A DNA stretch of 64,000 bases from Acidimicrobiaceae bacterium (GTDB lineage: Bacteria; Actinomycetota; Acidimicrobiia; Acidimicrobiales; Aldehydirespiratoraceae): NCBI GenBank assembly GCA_009835735.1, contig VXWX01000112.1, positions 1,994 through 65,993 of the forward strand. Reading direction: 5' to 3'. Shown here piece by piece: positions 1-9,484 of the stretch (positions are counted from its first letter, which is position 1; the number at the start of each line of letters is the position of its first letter). The notes under the pieces are model-generated. The model saw only the letters and a program-made list of their open reading frames with translations. It was not told the DNA's origin and did not search any database. The position numbers were made by a program, and so were the translations under genes.

Positions 1-23
1 CGGCCGGCGGGCCGGTGCCAGTT

Positions 24-70
24 GAATTGGCAGCGGTCGGCCCCCTATAGGGCGCTTTCTGCTGCCAGTT
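24..70. repeat. 47-nt nested-palindrome intergenic repeat, copy A
   Basis: GAATTGGCAGC-N6-CCCCCTATAGGG-N8-GCTGCCAGTT. Near-identical to the copies at 11447-11493 and 11519-11565. The outer 10-nt arms are reverse complements (one G:U position) and the core CCCTATAGGG is a perfect palindrome. Confidence 0.9.
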
Positions 71-129
71 CGCGGTCAGGCCGGGTCTCCCCGGTTGTGC
101 GGCCCGTTGGCTGAGGGCAGGCTGAGGCG

Positions 130-918
130 GTGAGCGAACTCGACTTGGGCCAGGACTTCGCCGGTCGGGCCGGTGCGGCGCTGGTGGTAGGGGGCAGCGG
201 CGGCCTTGGCTCGGTGATCGCGAGGGAATTGTCCGCCCGCGGCAGCGACGTCGCCCTCACGTACCGCAGCAACGCCGATGCGGCCGCAGACGTCGTGGCT
301 GAGGCCGAGCAACTCGGGTGTCGGGGCTGGGCCGCGGCCGTCGATCTCACCGATGACGAGGGGGTAGCCGCGGCCATTGTGGAGTTGGCCGGCGCGGCGG
401 GCGGTCTGCACACCATGGTGTACGCGGCCGGACCGCACGTCCCGCAGATGCACATGAGCCGAACGGCGTCCACGGCGATGAGGGCTCAACTGGACGCCGA
501 TGCGGCCGGGTTCTTCGCCGCGGCGTCGGCCGCGCTGCCTCACCTGCGCGAGTCCAGCGGCAGCATCGTTGCCGTCACGACTGCGGGCACTGGCCGGTTC
601 CCCGTGCGCGATGGTTTGAGCACCGTTCCGAAGGCCGCGGTCGAGGCCGCGGTTCGAGGTCTGGCCGCGGAGGAGGGACGCTTCGGCGTGCGGGCCAACA
701 GCGTCGGCCCTGGGATGCTGAGCGACGGCATGGCCCAGCGCTTGGTGGCCTCAGGTGACCTTGACGAGCGAGCCCTCGGCGCGGCCCGGGCCAACATTCC
801 CATGCGCACCTTCGGCACCGCGGCCGACATCGCCGAGGCGGTGTGTTTCCTGGCCTCGGACCGGGCTCGCTACATCACCGGCCAGCATCTGGCCGTCGAC
901 GGCGGCTACACAGCCTGA
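130..918 (+). CDS. SDR-family oxidoreductase
   Basis: 262-aa ORF. N-terminal glycine-rich Rossmann motif (VVGGSGGLG) and SDR-type C-terminus (ITGQHLAVDGGYT). High GC3. Confidence 0.8.
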   Translation: MSELDLGQDFAGRAGAALVVGGSGGLGSVIARELSARGSDVALTYRSNADAAADVVAEAEQLGCRGWAAAVDLTDDEGVAAAIVELAGAAGGLHTMVYAAGPHVPQMHMSRTASTAMRAQLDADAAGFFAAASAALPHLRESSGSIVAVTTAGTGRFPVRDGLSTVPKAAVEAAVRGLAAEEGRFGVRANSVGPGMLSDGMAQRLVASGDLDERALGAARANIPMRTFGTAADIAEAVCFLASDRARYITGQHLAVDGGYTA

Positions 919-941
919 GCCGTCGCGGTAGCGTCGGGTCG

Positions 942-2495
942 ATGTACCCCGGAGCACACGCCGCCGCAAGTCCCGACAAGCCGGCTGTCATCATGGCCGG
1001 GTCGGGAGAGACGATCACGTACGCCCAACTCGACGCTGAGGCCAACCAGGTGTCACGCCTGTTCCGGGAGGCCGGACTGGCTCCCGGCGACCATGTGGCC
1101 TGGTGCCTGGAGAACCACCGCAACTTCCTGCCGTTGATGTGGGGGGCGCACTACGCGGGGCTGATCTACACGCCCATCAGCAGTCGCCTCACCACCGACG
1201 AGATCGCCTACATCGTCGACAACAGCGGCGCTCGGGTCTTCATCACGTCGAGGTACAAGGCCGCCCAGGCTGCCGAACTGGTCGACCGGATGGACGGGGT
1301 CGAGCTGAGGCTCATGATGGACGATGTCATCGACGGGTACGGCAGCTACGAGCAGGCTCTGGCCGGGGCGTCACCGGAGCCCCTGGAGGGTCGGGTGGCC
1401 GGCACCGACATGCTCTACAGCTCGGGCACCACCGGGCGTCCCAAGGGTGTGCTCAGTGCCTACGAGGCGGTGCCCATCGAGGAGGCGGAGTCGGCGGTGG
1501 CCATGATGTGCGTGCTGCTGCTCGGCATGTCCGACGAGTCTGTCTACCTGTCGCCCGCGCCGATGTACCACGGCGCGCCGCTGCGTTTCACGATGGTCGC
1601 CAACATCATCGGCTGCACCGCGGTGGTCATGGAGCGTTTCGACGCGGAGCAGTTCCTGGCCGCGATCGAGCGCTACTCGGTGACCCACACCCAGGTGGTG
1701 CCGACCATGTTCGTACGGATGCTGAAGCTGCCAGACGAGCAGCGGCTGCGCTACGACCTGTCGTCGCTGACCAGCGTGCTGCACGCCGCCGCGCCCTGCC
1801 CGGTGGAGGCCAAGCACCGGATGATCGAGTGGCTGGGGCCGATCATCAGCGAGTACTACGCGGGCACCGAGGGCAACGGGGCCACCTTCTGCGACAGCGA
1901 GCAGTGGCTGGCCCACGAGGGCACTGTGGGAGTGCCCATCACCGGCGAGGTCCACATCGTGGACGAGGCCACCGGCGAGGAGGTGCCCGCCGGCACCGAG
2001 GGCGTCGTCTACTTCGGTGAGGGGAACACCTTCGAGTACCACCTCGACGATGAGAAGACCCGCAACTCACGGCTAGCCAACGGCTGGTCCACCATCGGCG
2101 ACGTGGGAAAGGTGGACGAAGACGGCTTCCTGTACCTGACCGACCGCAAGGCGTACATGATCATCTCGGGAGGGGTGAACGTGTACCCCCAGGAGGCCGA
2201 GAACCTGCTGACCATGCACCCGGCCGTGCTCGATGTGGCCGTGATCGGCGTGCCCGACGACGACCTGGGCGAGGTGCCCAAGGCCGTGGTCCAGTCCATG
2301 GAGATGCCCGTCGGCGACGAGGCTGCGGCCGCCCTGGAACGTGAGTTGATCGAGTACTGCCGGGCCAGCCTGGCCTCGGTCAAGTGCCCTCGCACGGTCG
2401 ACTTCCGCTCCGAGCTGCCCCGGGACGAGACGGGCAAGCTCTACAAGCGCCTGCTGCGCGACGAGTACTGGCAAGGTCAGGACCGCCGCATCTAG
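942..2495 (+). CDS. Acyl-CoA synthetase / AMP-dependent ligase
   Basis: AMP-binding motif YSSGTTGRPKG and the later GWSTIGDVG...DRKAYMIISGGVNVYP motif. Start moved to the ATG at 942 (MYPGAHAA...) because the upstream part of the track ORF overlaps the SDR gene. Confidence 0.85.
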   Translation: MYPGAHAAASPDKPAVIMAGSGETITYAQLDAEANQVSRLFREAGLAPGDHVAWCLENHRNFLPLMWGAHYAGLIYTPISSRLTTDEIAYIVDNSGARVFITSRYKAAQAAELVDRMDGVELRLMMDDVIDGYGSYEQALAGASPEPLEGRVAGTDMLYSSGTTGRPKGVLSAYEAVPIEEAESAVAMMCVLLLGMSDESVYLSPAPMYHGAPLRFTMVANIIGCTAVVMERFDAEQFLAAIERYSVTHTQVVPTMFVRMLKLPDEQRLRYDLSSLTSVLHAAAPCPVEAKHRMIEWLGPIISEYYAGTEGNGATFCDSEQWLAHEGTVGVPITGEVHIVDEATGEEVPAGTEGVVYFGEGNTFEYHLDDEKTRNSRLANGWSTIGDVGKVDEDGFLYLTDRKAYMIISGGVNVYPQEAENLLTMHPAVLDVAVIGVPDDDLGEVPKAVVQSMEMPVGDEAAAALERELIEYCRASLASVKCPRTVDFRSELPRDETGKLYKRLLRDEYWQGQDRRI

Positions 2496-2531
2496 CGGCT
2501 GCCGGTCCGCTGGCTCAACGGCGGGGAGCCG

Positions 2532-2900
2532 TCAGGCGCTGTCGAGCTGTCGGACGAGGGTGGGCGGGGCGACGCGCCGGTAGCTGTCCTCCAGCCAGTC
2601 GGCGACATCGTCGACATTGGCGTCGGCGAGCCGCACCAGCACCGCGCCGTAGCCGTCGTAGTGGGGCACGGTGAACAGCACGTCGGGATGGTTCTCGAGC
2701 AGGACCGGCTTCATCTCCAGCTCGCAGAACACGACCAGCACGTCGGTGTCGTGCACCCCGTCGCGTCGATGCTCGCGCTCGCCCCACAACCGGCAGAAGC
2801 CCTTCTTGCGGACCTTCAGCCCCGGCGTGCCGTACCACGCCGACTCGGTCACCTCGGGCAGCTGCAGCCCGATCCGACGCACATCGTCGAACGTCACCAC
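2532..2900 (-). CDS. MmcQ/YjbR-family protein (putative DNA-binding)
   Basis: The C-terminal about 120 aa of track ORF 2532..3575 (VVTFDDVRRIGLQLPEV...WYGTPGLKVRKKGF...) resembles the YjbR family. The rest of that ORF overlaps the amidohydrolase gene in another frame. The GTG start at 2900 is inferred. Confidence 0.55.
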   Translation of the reverse strand: MVTFDDVRRIGLQLPEVTESAWYGTPGLKVRKKGFCRLWGEREHRRDGVHDTDVLVVFCELEMKPVLLENHPDVLFTVPHYDGYGAVLVRLADANVDDVADWLEDSYRRVAPPTLVRQLDSA

Positions 2901-2935
2901 GGCCAGAGCCTCACACTGCCGACCCGGCTCGGTCC

Positions 2936-3796
2936 CTAAGTGATCTTCAGGACCCGGGCCGCGTTGTCCCGCAGGAACTTGGGCCAGACCGTGTCGCGAA
3001 AGCCGACGTTGGGCATCTCCGTCATGATCCGCTGCAGCGACAGGCCCATGGGGAAGTAGCCGGCGTACATGACCTTGTCGGCGCCCCGCGTGTTGGCGTA
3101 GTCGATGATGGCCCTTGGGTAGTGCTTGGGGGCGAACGCAGAGGTCGAATAGTGCAGGCCCGGCCACTTCAGCATCAGCTTCACGGCCAGGGCCTCCCAG
3201 GGCTCGCAGCCGTGGCGGGTGACCAGGGTCAAATCCGGGAAGTCGTACATCACGCGGTCGAGGCGCTCCACGTGCTGGCAGTCCATGGGCAGCCGGGGAC
3301 CGGGCACCCCCGCGCACACGAAGATCGGTATGTCGAGCTCGCAGCACGTGGCGTACACCGGGTACCACTTGGCGTCGTCGATGGGGATCTGCGGGAAGCA
3401 CCCGGCCGGGAACGTGCCCACCGCCCGGATGTCGTACTCGTCGTGGTAGCGGCGGATGCGCCGCACCGCGCCCATCACGTCGTTGGCGTCGGCCTGGCAG
3501 GTGGCCACGAACCGGTCGGGGTGGTCGGCCAGAGCCTTGCGGTTCACCTCGCCCTCGCAGCCGATCAGGCCCCATTCGACGCCGTAGGCGTCCATCTCGC
3601 CCAGGGTGAGCGCGATGGGATCGTCCGCGCCGTACTTCTCCTTGGGCACGCCCTTGAACATGTACTCCACCGGGAAGTCGAACTCGGCCGACTCGGTGTC
3701 CTTGAGCTGCTTGCGGATGAACTCGTAGTGCTCGAAGTCCTTGGCGGGAAAACCGATCATCGTGTCGACGATCCCCACATCGGTCGGCATTGTCAT
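2936..3796 (-). CDS. Amidohydrolase-2 (PF04909-like) family protein
   Basis: 286-aa ORF with the TIM-barrel metal-dependent hydrolase pattern typical of ACMSD-like amidohydrolases. Coding-type GC3. Confidence 0.7.
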   Translation of the reverse strand: MTMPTDVGIVDTMIGFPAKDFEHYEFIRKQLKDTESAEFDFPVEYMFKGVPKEKYGADDPIALTLGEMDAYGVEWGLIGCEGEVNRKALADHPDRFVATCQADANDVMGAVRRIRRYHDEYDIRAVGTFPAGCFPQIPIDDAKWYPVYATCCELDIPIFVCAGVPGPRLPMDCQHVERLDRVMYDFPDLTLVTRHGCEPWEALAVKLMLKWPGLHYSTSAFAPKHYPRAIIDYANTRGADKVMYAGYFPMGLSLQRIMTEMPNVGFRDTVWPKFLRDNAARVLKIT

Positions 3797-3829
3797 GGTG
3801 TCGGCTCCGTTCGTTGCGGGGATGCGGCG

Positions 3830-5056
3830 CTAGTTGCGGGGTACGTCGCGCCAGGGGATCTCCTTGTCCACCCTGGGCTCACCGGGCAGGCCCAGCACCT
3901 GCTCGCCGAGGATGTTGCGCATTATCTCGCTCGTGCCACCCTCGATGGAGTTGGCCCGAGCCCGCAGGAAGCCGTGGTGAGCGTCCCCGAACTTGCCGTC
4001 GAGAGAGACTGCGGTGGGCCGGCGGAACCCGTAGTCGTAGTCCACCATGCCGCCGGCGCCCTCCAGGTCGATCACCTTGGATGTGAGGGCCTGGTTGAAC
4101 TCGGCCAGCATCAGCTTGCTCACGGACCCCTCCGGCCCCGGATTGCCGGCCCGAGCGTTCTGGAAGGCCCGGACGTTGGTGAGCCGCAGAGCCTCGCCCT
4201 GCACCCACAGCTGCATCACCTCGTCGCGGTGGGCCTTGGTCCGCACTGCGGGATCCATGCTGCGGTAGGCCTCCAGCAGGTTGCCCAGCGGCCCCTCGCG
4301 TCCGGTGGTGGCGCCGCCCACCGCGCCGCCGATGGCGGTGCGCTCGTTCATCAGCGTGGTGAGCGACACGCGCCAGCCCTCACCGACCGCACCGATCCGG
4401 GCCGAGTCGGGCACCCGCACGTCGGTCATGTACACCTCGTTGAACTCGGCCTCGCCGGTGATCTGGCGCAATGGCCGCACCTCAACGCCGGGGGCCCGCA
4501 TGTCGAGCGCGAAATAGGTCAGACCCTTGTGCTTGGGCAACTCCGGGTTGGAGCGGGCCACCAGCATTCCCAGGTCGGCTACGTGGGCCAGCGTGTTCCA
4601 CACCTTCTGGCCGTTCACCACCCATTCATCGCCGTCGCGTTCGGCCCGGGTGCCCAGCCCCGCGAAGTCCGAGCCCGAGCCGGGCTCGCTGAACAGTTGG
4701 CACCACCGCTCCTCCCCGGTGAACAGAGGCCGCAGGTAGCGCCGCTTCTGCTCGTCGGTGCCGTGGGTGAGGATGGTCGGGCCGATCAGCATCATGAAGA
4801 ACGTGGAGGGATCGGCCGGCTGGGCGCCGGCGGCCCGCAGCCGCCGATCGACCGCTCGCTGGAGCTTGCGTGACAGGCCGAGTCCGCCGAAACCCACGGG
4901 ATGGTGCACCCAGGCCAAGCCCGCGTCGTACTGGTGGCCCCGGAATTCGATGTGACTCTGTTCGGCGGGTTCGTGCTCGGCCAGCAAGGCATCGACGGCC
5001 TCGTCGGCGACGCGGGCCTGGTCAGCGGTATCAGCGGGTGAGTCAGTGACTGTCAT
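3830..5056 (-). CDS. Acyl-CoA dehydrogenase family protein
   Basis: 408-aa ORF with an ACAD-like middle and C-terminus (WVVNGQKVWNT..., ...GGTSEIMRNILGE). Confidence 0.85.
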   Translation of the reverse strand: MTVTDSPADTADQARVADEAVDALLAEHEPAEQSHIEFRGHQYDAGLAWVHHPVGFGGLGLSRKLQRAVDRRLRAAGAQPADPSTFFMMLIGPTILTHGTDEQKRRYLRPLFTGEERWCQLFSEPGSGSDFAGLGTRAERDGDEWVVNGQKVWNTLAHVADLGMLVARSNPELPKHKGLTYFALDMRAPGVEVRPLRQITGEAEFNEVYMTDVRVPDSARIGAVGEGWRVSLTTLMNERTAIGGAVGGATTGREGPLGNLLEAYRSMDPAVRTKAHRDEVMQLWVQGEALRLTNVRAFQNARAGNPGPEGSVSKLMLAEFNQALTSKVIDLEGAGGMVDYDYGFRRPTAVSLDGKFGDAHHGFLRARANSIEGGTSEIMRNILGEQVLGLPGEPRVDKEIPWRDVPRN

Positions 5057-5112
5057 GTGTGATTCTCCGGTGGACGTTGCGGTCGCGGTCCGATCGGCGT
5101 CATGCTTGGACC

Positions 5113-5910
5113 ATGCATTCTTACTCCCGGCAGTCCCTTATCGACACCACTGAGGCCTGTTTCACCGAGATTTCGAACTTGTGCGCCGACCTCTCCGACG
5201 AGGAGTGGACCGTGCAGTCGCTGTGTCCTGACTGGACGGCGCGCCAGGCCATCGGCCATGCCGTGGGCGTGGAGGACGTGATCTCCGGATGGGAGATCAG
5301 CACCGACAACATGCCGCCGTTCGAGAAGATGGTTGCCCTCACCGGCGCCTCCGCAGGCATGTCCTCGACCGAGTTCGGCGCCAGGGTGGGCGAGATCTTC
5401 AACGCTCGCCGTTCGGACCTGGCCGCGCTGAGCGATGACGACATCGGGCGCCAGTCGTGGACACCGGTGGGGGTGCAGAGTTACGGGGGCTTCCTGGCCA
5501 TCCGCATCTTCGATATGTGGGTCCACGTGCGCGACTGCACGATCCCGCTGGGGCGGGCCACCGACGACGGCGGCCCCGCGGCGGAGATCGCCTTCGATCA
5601 GGTGGAGCGCTCGATCGGCTACATCATGGGTAAGCGGGTCGGCCTGCCCGACGGCATGAGCCTGCGGGCCGACATCACCGGGCCCGTGCAGCGCCAGATC
5701 GCGGTGGCGGTGGACGGCCGGGCCAAGGCCGTGGATCCCGGCTCGCTGGAGTCGCCCGACGTAGTGCTCACCGCCGACTCGCTGACCTTCATCATGCTCG
5801 CCTGCGGGCGCATCGACCCCCAGTCCAGGATCGACGACGGCTCGATCTCCTGGAGCGGCGACGCCCAATGGGGCGAGCACGCAGCCCGCAGCCTCCGCTT
5901 CACAATGTGA
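5113..5910 (+). CDS. Mycothiol-dependent maleylpyruvate-isomerase-family (DinB-like, TIGR03083-type) protein
   Basis: N-terminal DinB-like pattern (LSDEEWTVQSLCPDWTARQAIGH). ATG at 5113. The stop overlaps the next gene's start (GTGATGA). Confidence 0.6.
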   Translation: MHSYSRQSLIDTTEACFTEISNLCADLSDEEWTVQSLCPDWTARQAIGHAVGVEDVISGWEISTDNMPPFEKMVALTGASAGMSSTEFGARVGEIFNARRSDLAALSDDDIGRQSWTPVGVQSYGGFLAIRIFDMWVHVRDCTIPLGRATDDGGPAAEIAFDQVERSIGYIMGKRVGLPDGMSLRADITGPVQRQIAVAVDGRAKAVDPGSLESPDVVLTADSLTFIMLACGRIDPQSRIDDGSISWSGDAQWGEHAARSLRFTM

Positions 5911-7751
5911 TGACGCCCGGCGGCGGCCCGCCCGCCGGCGCCGACGACTGGATGGCCCTGGTCGAGCAGACGCTGCGAGGTCGCGACCTAGCCGAGCTCG
6001 CCAGCACCACCCGCGACGGGGTCACGATCCAGCCCCTGTACACCGACGGCCCGGAGCGGCCCGCGGCGGCCGCGGTGACTGCCGACCCGAGGCGGTTGGA
6101 GGCGGGCTGGGACGTTCGCCAGTACCACGGCACGGCCGCGGCGACGGCCGACGCCATCGACAGGCTCCGGGCTGAGATGGAGCAGGACTTGGCGGCAGGG
6201 GTCACGTCGTTGGAGCTCGAAGTCCCCGCAGGCTTCGACGTCGACGGACTCGACGCGCTGCTCGACGGTGTCGACGTTGCAGCGACGCCCGTGGCTCTAG
6301 CGCCTCACGCGGAGCTGGATGTGGCTGAGGCCCTCATGGCGCTGGCGGCCCGTCGGGGCGAGGGTCTCGCGCCCGGCAGCTCGCTCGGCATCGATCCGCT
6401 GGGGGAGTGGGCCCGCTCGGGCCGTCGCCCGGACCGCGCACCGGCCGAGGCCTGGACAGCTTCCCTAGTCGCAGGCCCGGGCGCTTCCCGGCTCGGTCCC
6501 GGGATCAGAGTCTTCGTGGTGGACGCGGTCCGCTACTCCGACGCGGGCGCGACCGAGGCCCAGGCGCTGGGGTGGGCGACGTCGACAGGTGTCGCCTATC
6601 TGCGGGGGCTGGTCGAGGCCGGTGTCCCGGTGGACGCGGCCGCCGGATTGATCGGGTTCCGTCTGGCAGCCACGGCCGACCAGTTCGTGACTATCGCCGC
6701 GCTGCGGGCGGCCAGGGTGATGTGGGCACGGGTGGTGACGGCCAGCGGCGGCTCGCAGCAGACGGCACGCCAGTACCAGCACGCGGTCACGGCGTCGCAC
6801 ATGTACAGCCGGCGCGATCCGTGGGTCAACCTGTTGAGGGGCGCCACGACTGCGCTGGCCGCCGGTGTTGCCGGCGCAGACGCCGTGACCGTGCTGCCCT
6901 TCGATCACGCCTCCGGGGCTGCCGACCCGGACAGGGCCCTGGGCCGCAGACTGGCTCGCAACACTCAGCTGCTGCTGCTGGAGGAGTCGTACCTGGCGCG
7001 GGCAACCGACCCCGCGGGCGGGTCCTTCTACGTGGAGTCAGTAACCGAACAGCTGGCGTCGGCGGGTTGGCGGGTATTTCAGGACATCGAGGCATCCGGC
7101 GGGATTGAAACCATCATCGGCGAAGGCGGCCTGGCCGCTGCGATGGCGGAGAGCTGGCGGTCCCGCCTGGGAGCGCTGAGGACCCGGAGCGAGCGACTGA
7201 CCGGTGTGAGCGAGTTCCCGCTGCTCGACGAGCCGGCCCCGGAAGCACTCGCCGAATCGGAGGCCCCGGACGCCGGAGGCCTTCCGGTCAGGCGCTTGGC
7301 CGAGCCCTTCGAGGACCTGCGCGACGCTGCCGACCGGTACCGGATGGCCAGCGGCGAGCGTCCCGCCGTCTGGGTGGCCGCCCTGGGATCGGTCTCGGAT
7401 CATTCAGCCCGCACTACCTGGGCGCAGAACCTGCTGGCCGCGGGCGGGGTCGAGTCGCGGGGCGCAGCCGGGCTCGACTCGCCCATCGCGGCTGCGGCCG
7501 ACTTCGCTGCGTCGGGCCTGACGGCAGCGGTGATAACGGGCAGCGACGACATTTACCGCCTGCGCGGCTCGGGCACCGCCAACGCTCTGGCCGAGTCGGG
7601 CGCGATCTTCGTGGCACTGGCCTGCGATCCCGGCACTCCCGCCGAACTCCTTGAAGAGTTTCGATCAGCGGGCGTTGACGAGGTCTGGCGCGACGGCATG
7701 GACGCGGTGGCTGCCCTCGAGCGCCTCCACCGCGCCCTCGGCCTCGCGTGA
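5910..7751 (+). CDS. Methylmalonyl-CoA mutase small-subunit-like (MutA-like) protein
   Basis: GVTIQPLYTD and FVTIAALRAARVMWARVV are typical mutase-barrel motifs. The C-terminal Rossmann-like domain lacks a clear DxHxxG. Start at ATG 5910 (alternative GTG 5907), overlapping the upstream stop. Confidence 0.7.
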   Translation: MTPGGGPPAGADDWMALVEQTLRGRDLAELASTTRDGVTIQPLYTDGPERPAAAAVTADPRRLEAGWDVRQYHGTAAATADAIDRLRAEMEQDLAAGVTSLELEVPAGFDVDGLDALLDGVDVAATPVALAPHAELDVAEALMALAARRGEGLAPGSSLGIDPLGEWARSGRRPDRAPAEAWTASLVAGPGASRLGPGIRVFVVDAVRYSDAGATEAQALGWATSTGVAYLRGLVEAGVPVDAAAGLIGFRLAATADQFVTIAALRAARVMWARVVTASGGSQQTARQYQHAVTASHMYSRRDPWVNLLRGATTALAAGVAGADAVTVLPFDHASGAADPDRALGRRLARNTQLLLLEESYLARATDPAGGSFYVESVTEQLASAGWRVFQDIEASGGIETIIGEGGLAAAMAESWRSRLGALRTRSERLTGVSEFPLLDEPAPEALAESEAPDAGGLPVRRLAEPFEDLRDAADRYRMASGERPAVWVAALGSVSDHSARTTWAQNLLAAGGVESRGAAGLDSPIAAAADFAASGLTAAVITGSDDIYRLRGSGTANALAESGAIFVALACDPGTPAELLEEFRSAGVDEVWRDGMDAVAALERLHRALGLA

Positions 7752-7772
7752 GCGGGCCCCGTCGAGGCTCGC

Positions 7773-8588
7773 TCAGTCTTCGAAGACTGGGGGGCGCTTC
7801 TCGGAGCGGGCGAGGACGGCCTCCTCGAAGTTGCGGGTGGTCATGCGGACCAGCAACTGGGCGTTCATCTCCGAGCGCATGTGGGCCGCGTAGCTCGACG
7901 CCTCCAACCCCGCCCACAGCATCCTCTTGGTGAGTTCCGTGCCGGGCCGGCTGAAAGCGGCGATGCGGGCACCGATCTCATAGCAGCGGCTCAGCAGATC
8001 GTCGGGTTCCACCGTCTCGCTGACCAGGCCAATGCGGGCCGCCTCGTCGGCGTCGACGTCCCGGCCGGTCAGCATGATGTCGAACGCCCTCGACGAGCCG
8101 ATCGCCCGGGGCAGCGTGAAGCTCAGGCCCAGCTCAGACGCAGTTAGGCCGTTGTTGATGCCGGCCGCCCGGAAGTAGGCCTCGGTGGACGCTATGCGTA
8201 TGTCGCAGGCCAGGGCCAGACACAGACCCCCGCCGATGGCTGCGCCGTTGATGGCCGCGATCACCGGCTGGTGCAGGTCTCCGACCAGTTCGATCACCTC
8301 GTGGAGCCGGTCGGCGGCCCTGTGGGCGATGGTTGAACGGGTGAGACCCTCGACGTAGGGAACCCGGCCCGCGCTCACCATGTCCGCACCGGAGCAGAAT
8401 CCGTGGCCGGCGCCGGTGATCACCACGGCCCGCACGTCGTTGTCGTTGTTGATCCCGCGCAGTGCATCGGCCAACGGCACCATCACGTCGAAGGCCATGG
8501 CGTTCATGCGCTCGGGCCGATTCAGAGTGACCAGCGCTATCTCCGGTCGGGGATGATCGATCAGTACGAAGTCATCGGATGAGGGCAT
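7773..8588 (-). CDS. Enoyl-CoA hydratase/isomerase (crotonase) family
   Basis: VTLNRPERMNAM, VVITGAGHGFCSGADM and AAINGAAIGGG crotonase signatures. Confidence 0.85.
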   Translation of the reverse strand: MPSSDDFVLIDHPRPEIALVTLNRPERMNAMAFDVMVPLADALRGINNDNDVRAVVITGAGHGFCSGADMVSAGRVPYVEGLTRSTIAHRAADRLHEVIELVGDLHQPVIAAINGAAIGGGLCLALACDIRIASTEAYFRAAGINNGLTASELGLSFTLPRAIGSSRAFDIMLTGRDVDADEAARIGLVSETVEPDDLLSRCYEIGARIAAFSRPGTELTKRMLWAGLEASSYAAHMRSEMNAQLLVRMTTRNFEEAVLARSEKRPPVFED

Positions 8589-8643
8589 GGGGCGACGGTA
8601 TCAGCCCCCGTCCCGATGGCCGGTGCCCGTCCCGGCCGCGGGT

Positions 8644-9423
8644 TCAGTCACCGAGGTCGGGCTTCCACGCCGCACCGTTGATGTGGCCGCCACCGTCCAC
8701 GAACAGTGTGTTGCCGGTCATATACCGGCTGGCGTCCGAGGCCAGGAAGACCGCCACCGGGGCAATGTCGAGGTCTGGGTCGCCGATACGGCCCATCGGG
8801 TTGGAGGCATCGGCCGCGGCCAGCAGTTCAGGATGCTCACCCAGCACCCGGTTGAAGCTGGCCGACTTGGCCGCCGGGCACACGATGTTGGCGGTGATGC
8901 CCCAGCCCGCCCATTCCCGGGCCGCGGTGCGGGTGGCGGCCCGCAGCGCCTCCTTGGCCGAGTTGTACTCGACCGTGCCCATGTGGGCGTTGACCCCGTT
9001 TAGGGAGCACATGTTGATGACCCGGCCCCAGCTGTTGGCCTTCATGATCGGCAGCGCCGCGGCCATGGCCCAGAACGGGCCGTAGAACCCCACCGCCAGG
9101 GCCCGGGTCATCCCGGTGGCGGACTTGTGCTCCAGCCGGCTCACCTCGCCGCCGCCCCAGGCGTTGTTGACCAGGATGTCCACCGACCCCCAGCGCCGGG
9201 ACGCATGAGCGACCATGGCCTCGACCGCGGCCCGGTCGCCCACGTCGGTGGAAAGGAACTCGCTGGCGTCGCCGAACTCGGCGGCGGCGTCCTCGCCTAG
9301 ATCCTCGTCGATCTCGGCTACGAGCACATTGGCTCCCTCGGCCACGAAGGCTCGGGCCACCGACCGCCCGATGCCCTCGCCCGCGCCGGTGACTATCGCA
9401 GTCCTGCCGTCCAACTGCCCCAT
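8644..9423 (-). CDS. SDR-family oxidoreductase
   Basis: Start trimmed to the ATG at 9423 (MGQLDGRTAIVTGAGEGIGR, TGxxxGxG motif). YNSAKEA catalytic motif and C-terminal LFVDGGGH. Confidence 0.85.
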   Translation of the reverse strand: MGQLDGRTAIVTGAGEGIGRSVARAFVAEGANVLVAEIDEDLGEDAAAEFGDASEFLSTDVGDRAAVEAMVAHASRRWGSVDILVNNAWGGGEVSRLEHKSATGMTRALAVGFYGPFWAMAAALPIMKANSWGRVINMCSLNGVNAHMGTVEYNSAKEALRAATRTAAREWAGWGITANIVCPAAKSASFNRVLGEHPELLAAADASNPMGRIGDPDLDIAPVAVFLASDASRYMTGNTLFVDGGGHINGAAWKPDLGD

Positions 9424-9484
9424 CGCCTGCCTCCCGCTGTGAGCCGTTGCATCATTCTTCCCCAGCGGCTGCGCCGGCGCGGGA

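Noticed and set aside
3122-4873. 583-aa plus-strand ORF
   Set aside because: It is antisense to a well-supported acyl-CoA dehydrogenase and amidohydrolase. Its composition (rich in Arg, Gly, His, Ala, Val and Pro) is typical of shadow ORFs in high-GC DNA, and it has no recognisable motifs.
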